A DNA stretch of 64,000 nt. Origin: Eledone cirrhosa (Eukaryota). Below the pieces are notes generated by a model. The model searched no databases, had not been told where the DNA came from, and was given only the letters and a program-made list of their open reading frames with translations. The stretch is from NCBI GenBank assembly GCA_964016885.1, contig OZ024746.1, positions 40,362,001-40,426,000 of the forward strand, read 5' to 3'. Both the position numbers and the translations under genes were made by a program. This document shows positions 37,530 to 48,249 of the stretch, piece after piece (position 1 is the stretch's first letter; every line of letters starts with the position of its first letter).

Positions 37530-40500
37530 GTGTGTGTGTCTATATATGTATATATATATATATATGTGTGTGTGTGTATATATGTATATATATGTGTGTG
37601 TGTGTGTATATATATATATATGTATATATATGTGTGTGTGTATATATATGTATATATGTATATATATATGCACATGCAAACACACATCTATATAAATGTT
37701 TCTTAACAAGAGTTCAAATTAATTTAAATGTATATAATTTTTTTAATTATCAGATCCTCCAGAAACCTGGGTAGAAGATTGTATTAAACTCTGCTTGTAT
37801 TTATATATTGGCCTGTTACCTAGTAATCACAAACTAATTCACGAGTAAGTATTTCATACTTGTTAGAAGAAACCATTTTTCAAAGGCTTCTTTCTATCCA
37901 GTAAATATCTTTATTATGACTAAAAAAAAAATACAAGATTCATTAGCTAGGCTATGCAACTAACAGTATTTATAGCTTTTTCTTTTTCTTTTTATTTATA
38001 TTATTTTTTGGTATTAAATTAATGTAGTTCTAAATTTCTGATGAAATGTAATATAAGAAGACTATACAGTGTACTCCCAACATTTGCGGTCTTGGCATTC
38101 ACAGTCCCGGTTATTTGCATAATTTTTCTTACAACCTAACTAATAATTGTTTGCGGAAACCACTGCACATTCGTGGAATCGTAAATATCTTCTGCAATTT
38201 TTTTTTATGGCTTTTTAATGCTAAATTATTAATAACAATATACCGTATTTGCCGGCCTATTGGACGCCCCTTCGCATAAGATGCTCCCTTTTTTTTATTG
38301 TATTTTACGTTATATTTTGACGTTTATAGGCATTTGTATGGACAATGTCCAATATTTGCAGTTTTTCACTCTTCACGGGTGCTCTAGGACCGTAACCCCT
38401 GTGAATCCCAGGGGACAACTGTATTTCTTTTAATATTCAAATCCGTATGAACAAGGCTTGGTCACCTGACCTGACTTGTCTCATAATGTGACAACCCGTC
38501 TAACCTATGCAAGTGTGGAAAATGGATGTTAAACAATGATAAAGATTATGACGATGATGATTCTCTTACTTATTCATTACTGTATACTATGTTTGTCAAG
38601 TGAATGAAAAACACATTTATCAAAATGATATTTTTCATTATTTTGTAGATTAGCCACAGTATATACAGCAACTTCAGCAGATATCAAAAGAGCTATCCTC
38701 AGAGTTTTGGAAAATCCGGTGTGTTTTGTTTACTTTTTATGGGTTTTTTTTTTTCAAAAAATTTACATAAAAACCATGAATTTATAAATTTTTACTGTTT
38801 TCTCCTATGTGATTTCTTCAATAACTTGCCCGCAACAATTTAAACATCGTGACCCCTGACATCATCTTCATTCTTCACTCTATGACTGGCGTTTCTAACC
38901 TGGGGTAAATCACCCCCCACCCACCCCCACTCCTGCTTTCCTAATTAATTTTCTGAGTTATTCTAGATATGTACATAACCTTTTCATTCATAGTAATATT
39001 TATATGCATTTTTTCAATTATATAAGAATGACCAAAATTGGGGGTGAAAAACAAAATCAAGAATCTCAATGATTAAAAACCTCATTTTGACTGACTATAT
39101 TTGTTCCTAGTATTGGTATCTGTTCACTATTAGTTGTTCACATTGACTGACTGGATTTGCTGCTAGTATCTGTATCTATGTATCATTAATTGTACAAAAC
39201 CAAGAAATGTTTGAGTACATCATCATTTCCAAGTATCATTCTACTATATTTAGTAAATCAATAAGCTTTAACTGTAAAGTTATGTTGGTACCACAACATC
39301 CAGCCCAAAACAAATGAGGTCGTGTAGGTGTCACGACAAAAAAATACACAGTCCACGCTGTAATGTGGCCATGTAGGTAACACGGTAAAAACCTCCCAGT
39401 TCCACACTGTAAATGTGGTTGGTGTTAGGAAGGGCATCCAGCCGTAGAAAACCCGCCAGACAGTCCTATGCGAGCAAGACAACCACTCTTGCCTCAAGTG
39501 GGAAAACTCCCGTCCAAACCCATGCAAGCGTGGAATATGGACGTTAAACAATGATGATGATGATGAAGTTCAAAGATTTGAATCAGTTTTAGCTGAATGG
39601 AGCATTTGTAACTCTAAAGACCAAGTTTCCAATGATCTAACAATGCTAATAATCTTGGATGAAATTGAAATTTTTCATCATCATCATCATCATCATCATT
39701 ACTGTTTTCCATACTGACATGGGTTGGAAAGGTTCTTATGTCCTGACACTAGACAGGTCACATGACCACATCTTTACTATACATTCTATTTTAGCATGAT
39801 TGATTTCTACGGCTGAATGGCTTTCCCATCACCAACAACTTTACTGAGTGGATTTGGTGCCTTTTATGATGACCCAGCACTACCACTTCAAAAGGTGTGT
39901 TGGATGAATTTTATCATGACACTAGCACTACACTACCACTTTACAGAGTGGCCTGAGTGCATTTTATCATGACACCGGCACGACCACTATTCAAAGTTAG
40001 CTGGGTGCATTACCACTTTATAGAGTGGGCTGAGTAAATTTCATCATTACACTGGCATTACCACTTTCCAGAGGTGCTGGGTGGATGTTATCATGACATT
40101 TGCATTGCTACTTTACAGAGTGTACCGGGTGCATTCTATTCTGATACCAGCACTACCACTTTTCAGAATGGACTGGGTGCATTTTATCATTGAATCAACA
40201 CTATATAGATTATAATTTGTTATTACTTTAACTCATCAATTTTCTATTATTAGGTTCGAGGAATGGGCATGGACTCCCCTGAACTGTTGCTTTTAGTTGA
40301 AAATTGTCCGAAAGGAGCAGAAACTCTTGTTACAAGAGTGATCCATATTCTCACTGATAAAAGTAAGGATTGATAAAAATATAAAAATTACATCAACATA
40401 GTTTACAGTTGAATTATGTGATTATACTTGCTTTTTTATTTACTTTGTCATAATTAAGTGTTAGGTGATGTGCTTTCTTCTTCTTCCCTCCTAGTTATTC

Positions 40501-43500
40501 TTATTTTTGGCTTTAATTCATAACTGATTCATGCATTAGTACTAAATTCAAAATTTAGGGATAAATAATACAAAAAATCTGAATAACTCATAAAGTTTGT
40601 GAAAGTCATTCATGAAACTGAGTTTGTCATACTTGATAAAATTTCATATTCTACTTAAACAAGAAGAAAATTCTCACACAGAACCTCCATGAATTCCAGG
40701 TTATATTTTCATATAGTAAGACTAAATCAAGGCTAAATATACATCCACACACTTTAGCAAACAAACTAACAAATCTAGACAACAAATCTAACCATCACAA
40801 GTATTTTTTTGTATATACTCAAGATCTTTAAACTATTCAATTTATTTTGATAAAATAAATTTCCATGATTTTTTTTTCTGTCTTATAGCTGTTCCATCTC
40901 CTGAGCTTGTTGAACGGGTCCGAGATCTTTATCATAAAAGAGTTCCTGATGTTCGTTTCTTAATACCTGTACTCACTGGATTACGGAAGGTAATTTTATT
41001 TCTCTCAATTAATTCGCTTCTTTTTTGTTATGTGACAATGAGATATGCCATTATTATGTCATTGCCGTGTCACCAAAGTTTTATTCATATAGTGTGTTGT
41101 GGATATGTCATCCTAATGGAGTCTATCTAGACCATTACAAGTTAACTGTAGCTGGATTCATGACTAAATCAACTCTGCTGGAAATCAAAATTAGGTTTTG
41201 AACATTCCTTCCTTATAGTTTCATCACTGTCCTCTCTCTAATACCAACAAACTTGCAAGATGTATCATTAATTTAATAAGTGTAAGATTGAAACTATGTA
41301 ATGACAACTGTGGTGTAATAACGTCCATTGACCCCAACGACCTCCAGTAATTGATGCAGGTTGATCATTTAGCTGAGAGGGCTGGGGTATGGCTTTGAAG
41401 GATGAGTTTAAATTAAATGGAGAAACAGTGAAGAAGTCCATTATCTCATATATATATATAGACGTTAAACAATGATTATATATGTGCATGTGTGTGTGTC
41501 TGTCTGCCTGTCTCCGTTTATCTTCATATTGACACTGTTTAAAGTAAGTGGTGACATTTGTTTATGTCCTGCATAAATAATTCTGCAGCTAACAAGTTTG
41601 ATGAAGATGAATGGTATATCCTATTTTTAAAAATAGATCAACTCTGCTCAGCTTTCACCACTTCTGCCCATGTTTTATTTTTCTTTGGTCTTCCACTTCT
41701 ATGGAATCTTTCCAATTGGACCTATCACCCAAGGCAAAGTTGACCAGTAGGATTTCAACTCAGAGTGTTGTAAACCAAAACAAACACTGGAAAACTTTCT
41801 ACCCACCATTCTAATGACTATGTCTATTTGCCACCTACTATATATATTTTTGTTGAAGTTCTCAAGATTTCTAAAATAATTTTCTTTTTTTAAGCATTAA
41901 ATTATTATTGTACATTTGTATATTCCCAGAATGAGGTTTTGGCTGCTTTGCCCAAACTGATTCGGTTAAATCCTATTGTTGTAAAGGAAGTTTTTAACAG
42001 GCTACTCGGTCATGGTAAGATATTGAACTTTTTAATTGTTCTTCTTAACTGAAAACTAATTTATAATTGTCTTTCACTTTTTATAATGATAAGACCATAA
42101 TTATATGGTTTAGAACAGGCACACTCTATTGTTCCTACTTGTTGTAAGAAGCAACTATAAAGGTTGGTGTCAGGGAGAAGATTCAGCTGTAAAACATTGC
42201 CTCAAAAAGTCCCATCCAATCCATACCAGCCTGGAAAAGTTTGGTGTAAAAACGATGATGATGATGAATCCATTCCAGCAGCATTGTGTCATCATACTTA
42301 AAAAAACAAATACTGTTATTAGTATGTGTTGGACCTTTGTTGGGTCTAACAGTGAGGGTTCCAGTTGTTTGATGAATGGTAATATAACAAAGATATATCA
42401 CATAACTATATCTCTCTACCAAAAATTAAAGATATCAGTACTCAACTCTGTTTTAAGATCACACTAACTGGATTGGTTTGGACATGTGAACCATAGTGGT
42501 GGGTAGTTCCTGGTAGACATGGAAGGAGGCACTAACATAAACCCTGGGAAGAGGTAATCAGGGATGATTTGAAAGCCTGGAACCTAGACTAAAACCTATA
42601 ACATTGATGGAATAATTGGTACATCCATTGTTGAAACTGACATCCATTCAAGTTATATTTCTTGTAATCAAATCGCAATATCTTAGAACTGTATTCAATA
42701 TTATCTTTAGAGAAACATTTAAGCACATTGATTATTTTTTGTCTGTAAATAGAATATCTGTAATTTTAGACATTTTATTTTAACTATAGATAAAATATCT
42801 CTAATTATATATATATTTTATCTATAGATAGAATATGTCCAATTATATATCTGTAGATAGAATATGTCCAATTATATATCTGTAGATAGAATATCTCTAA
42901 TTATATATCTGTAGATAGAATATCTCTAATTATATTTATTTTATCTATAGGTAGATTATTTCTAATTATATATATTCTGTTTTATCTGTAGTTAGACTAT
43001 CTCTGATTATATATATTTTATCAGTATTTAGAATACCTCTAATTAAATATATTTTATTGTAGCCAATGCTGATGCTTCCTACACGTCACCGTTGACTCCT
43101 GCTGAGCTTTTGATAGCCTTACATACCATTGACCCTACTAAATGTGATATGAAAACTATTATCAAAGGTACACTTATCAAATTGATTTACTTTATTTTTT
43201 TTAATTTTATTTTTAATATTTTAAATTAAAAAGAATGGTGGGTTGGTAGAGCATTGGATAAAATGGTGGTGTTTATTCTGGCTCTTTACATTCTGAGTTC
43301 TTAGATAAAATGTTGATGGAAAGTTTTTAGATAAATATAAACTCTTTAAAACAAACAGTTTTGTATCATAGAACCAGGGATGGTTTCAAGTGGTTTGATG
43401 TGAAACTGATATAGAATGATATTAAGACTTTACAAATTCATCTGATTTTTCAAATTTTTATGTCAGTTTCTTTGTAAACTATTGTTATAGTTCAAACCAT

Positions 43501-45403
43501 GCCCTGGTCAACTTTGTCTTTCATCCTTCTGGGTTGATAAGTACCAGTCATGTACTGGGGATGATTTAATCAACTTCAACCTTCCCCCAAATTGGCTAGT
43601 CTTGTGCCTAAATTGGAAATCTATATTTCAGATTAAATGTTTTCACCCCTCTTAACCTTTTCGTTCCCCTATTTCTAATGTAAGTCACCAACTATGATTT
43701 TCAAATAAGTTGGAAAATAATCAGAAATTTTGGTGGGGGTGTAGTAAAATAACTAGCTTTCACATTATTAAGTTGATGATTGGAACATAACTTAACAAAG
43801 ATTCTTACATAAAATTTTGATTATTTTTTTAGATAAATATAAACTCTTTAAAACAAACAGTTCTGTTTCATAGAACCATGTATGGTTTCAGGCAGTTTGG
43901 TTTCAAAATGTTTCAGAATGATTTTAAGACTGCTGCGGCCCTTTACAAGTACACCTGTAGCCCGCACAAAGGTTTTTTACTGCGCAAGCATGTTTTATCT
44001 TCGTAATATAAAACAGAAAAATGTGTTGTAATGTGCACAATTAGTTGTCGTTAGTGGTCCTCAGACAACACATATGTGACCCATGTGGCCCTCGGAGGAC
44101 CCTTAGTTTGACATGCCTGCTCGAAACAACACTTAAAACATTTTAAACATAAAAATATTAAAACTTCATAAATACATTTTATACCCATGAGAATTTAAAA
44201 ATCTCGACATCTAATCAATGTGCTGTCTCGCCTATAAACAGGGTTTGGATTTTTACCCATTTGTGAAGGTTACATTCGGATTGACTTATATTCAAGTACA
44301 CGCTTTCTCTTGCAAGAGAGAGAAGTGGATGAAAATATGAAAAATATTTTATTTTATTTCTTTTCTTCAAGTAGCAAATTTATTTTAGTTTAATTTATTT
44401 CATATTTTCTTCTGTCTGTAATGTTTTAGTGGTTATGTGCTAATGTTTAATATTTTGTTTCTTCAAGCTACCAATTTATGCTTTAGTGAGAAAAATGTTT
44501 ACACCCAGGAGGTTTTGGCTGTTGTAATGCAGCAGTTAATGGAACTTAACCCTCTTCCCACTCTTCTCATGAGAACAGTTCTGCAGTCTTTATCCATGTA
44601 CCCACGACTCATTGGATTTGTGATGAACATATTACAAAGACTTATTACTAAGCAGGTATATACTATTTGATATCACCAATTTTATTTTAGAGGTAACCAC
44701 TTCACTTTTTAATGTGATACGATCATAGTATGAGGAAGACCTTGGAACACAACAGCTTGTCTAACCCAGGTAAGAATGGAAAATAGACGTAAAATAATGA
44801 TGATGATATACATGACTATTTACTGTTTGTTTATGGACTGTAACAAAGCAGTTCGACAAAAAGAGATCGATAAAATAAGTGCCAGACTTGAAAAAAAATA
44901 AGTGCTGTCAATATAAGCGAGTATATCGCTTTAAGTCGATGCTCCAGCATGGCCACAGTCTAGTGACTGAAAATCGGTGAAACAAAGAACCTGTGAAACA
45001 TTCTCAACGCTCCTAATAAATATTCAAGATTTTCGTGGAACCACATAAATTTTATTTAAAGGGAAGTAAATCTTGACACACAGAGCCGAATGCCTGCACG
45101 ATTTCTTTCCCTTTGTTACTCGAATTGGTTTAAAACGTTATAAGACTTTACTTGGTCGTTCTACCAACTAAAAAAATACCTTCAACAAAATAAATATATA
45201 TATATGTAAACAGACTGAGAAACACCAACATATTCGCCATAATAACATTTATAATTCTAAAAGACATTGTTAATGAAAAACAACGAAGAAAGAGTAAAAT
45301 GAATAACGTAAACATTGGCAGTTATCGGAAGCAGACGATAGTTACTGGTATCTGTCACAGTTTATTACTCCGTCTCACGTTACCCCCCTCCCCCACACAC
45401 TCG

Positions 45404-45437
<34 letters not shown>

Positions 45438-45508
45438 CTGCATGGTTACGTATGTATCTATATATACATGCATATATCTGTATACATGCATACATACATA
45501 TCAAGTTA

Positions 45509-45544
<36 letters not shown>

Positions 45545-45858
45545 CATCATCATCATCATTTTACGTCCGCTTTTCCCTGCAAGGGTGAGACGGGAACTGA
45601 TTTGGCTTGATTTCTACAGCTGGATGCCCTTCCTAACACCAACCTCAGTGAGTGCTGGGTGCTTTTTTTTGCCGTGGCACCTCCACGACCATTTTGCAGT
45701 GGAATGATATGGACCCCAGTCCTATCATCTCATTTCTACAGCTGAGTAAACTGGAGCAATCTGAAATAAAGTATCTTGCTCAAGGAAACAACACATGACC
45801 TGGTCTGAGAATTGAACTCACAACCTTTCGATTGCAAGGCCAATGCTCTAACCACTAA

Positions 45859-45936
<78 letters not shown>

Positions 45937-46269
45937 ATGTGTACATACATATGCATCTATAAATATATATATATACACACATATATGTATATGTATGTAT
46001 ATATACATACATATATGGATGTGTCTGTGTGGTTTTCTCTGATAACTTCGTTTTACATTTATATTCTAATGCATGGTTTGCAATTATGTCATTTCAAGTT
46101 CAATCTCACCGCATGGGATCTTGGGCAAGTGTCTTCTATTATAGCCTCAGGTTGACATATACCTTGTATGTGAATTTTGGTAGACAAACAGCAGAAGCTC
46201 ATCATATATCCAACAATTCATCTAACCCATACAAACATGGGAAATAGGTGTAAAACGAAGATGAGGATG

Positions 46270-46312
<43 letters not shown>

Positions 46313-48189
46313 TATCTCTGCTTACGTATGTCTCTGTGTTAATGTCCCATAATTTAGCAGTTGACAAAAAGATATTAATAAAATAAGTACCTGATTTGAA
46401 ACAAAAAATATATACTGATGTCAGTATTATCAACTTAAGATGATGCCCCAGCATAGCTGTTGTCCAATGACTGAAACCCCCAGTAAAATAATAATGTATC
46501 AAGAAATATTTATAGTTGAATGAATTTTCAATTTTTTCATAAAATCATATTGTCTGATTAAAATGTATTGATATATTTTATTGCAGGTGTGGAAACAAAA
46601 AAGAGTATGGGAAGGTTTTATTAGATGTTGTCAACGAACTAAGACGCAATCATTCCAGGTGCTTCTGCAACTGCCAGCACCCCAACTTCGTAATGTATTT
46701 GAAATTAGTCCAGACTTGCGTGAACCACTTCTGCATCATGTTCAGTCATTTACTCCACATCAGGTAAGATTATTTTGAAACATTACATCTTTGATATAGC
46801 TTTAAATGGCTCTGTAATGTTACCTTTTGTTGTCATTAATTTTTGTGCTAATAAGTAACTTATTCTTCTGAGATATCTAACTGAAAATTCTGTCTTTCAT
46901 TAACATTCTGTAATGATTTAGTAAAAAGTGTCTGAAAACAGGTTTGTTAATTCAAGTCTTTATTAGTGAACAGATAGTTACAAATATTTACATTATTAAA
47001 AATTTTAATAACCATCTTGCTGACCTAGTGGTAGGTATTAGAGATGGTAGACATCCTGATCTAGGGCTCAATCCTGGTCAGGAGTTATATGTAAGGGCAG
47101 TGGATTGGCAGTATCGGTAGAGCATCAGACACTGCTTTGTGGCATAACATTACAGCCCTGTATGTTCTGATTTCAAGTCCTGCTGAGGTTAGCTTTGCCT
47201 TTCATCCTTACAGGGTCGATGAAATAAAGTACCAGTAACGCACTGGGGTTCAATTGATTGAATTTCTCCTCCCCCAAAATTGTTGGCCTTGTGTCTAAAT
47301 CAGAAACCATTATTAAAGATTTTAATTTTTAATCTGCTATTTTGCTTACATTAGTCGGACGCCATGCTTTCCAGCATAGTTACGTCCCTTTACGGTCTGA
47401 GTTCAAATCCCGCCGAGGTTAACTTTGCCTTTCATCCTTACGGGGTCGATAAAATAAAGTACCAGTAATGTACTGTGTAATTGCTGTCCTTGTGCCAAAA
47501 GTAAAAACAATTATTTCTTTGTTTATTGATCAGATCAGTTATCTGAACAAAATGATCCCCACCCATCTCGTACGAATAATCAAGGTCTGACTGTAACTGG
47601 TTCTTAGTTTGCTTTTCATCCCTCCATTGTAGATTAATTTAAGAGTTGACAGGACGTCAGCTCAGAATGTAACTAAATTCTCCATTGCATTTAGTTTGGC
47701 ACCCTATCATTTCTACTATTATATTGCTCATTAGCTTTATATAATTATATTAATTACATTTCAGGGTTAATCATCTATGATGTAATAGATTTGTTATTGT
47801 TGTTGTTTTATTGCAGAGAGCTCATATCCCTAAAATGATTATGAATGTATTAGAGAAAGACCCACTTGAACAAGTGAAAGCAGCTGAAAAACTAGAAAAA
47901 GAGAAGAGAGAAAATTCTGCTGTGGTATGTATTAATTCTGATCAAATCTGAAATTCTATCATCGCTAGTTTGACAACTACAGTGAAGTTTCTGCTTTGCT
48001 GAGGAAGTCTAATAATATTGAAATATGTTCGGGGTTGTCCCCCCTGTTTGCCAAAATTATAAAAATAATTTCAGTTGTTTACTTAATGTTGTTTTTATAT
48101 CATCATAATTAGTATTTCTAATTAGATGTTTTTATGCTCACTACATTAACTATATTAATACTAACTTAAATATTCATCAGTCTAGCTTA

Positions 48190-48249
<60 letters not shown>

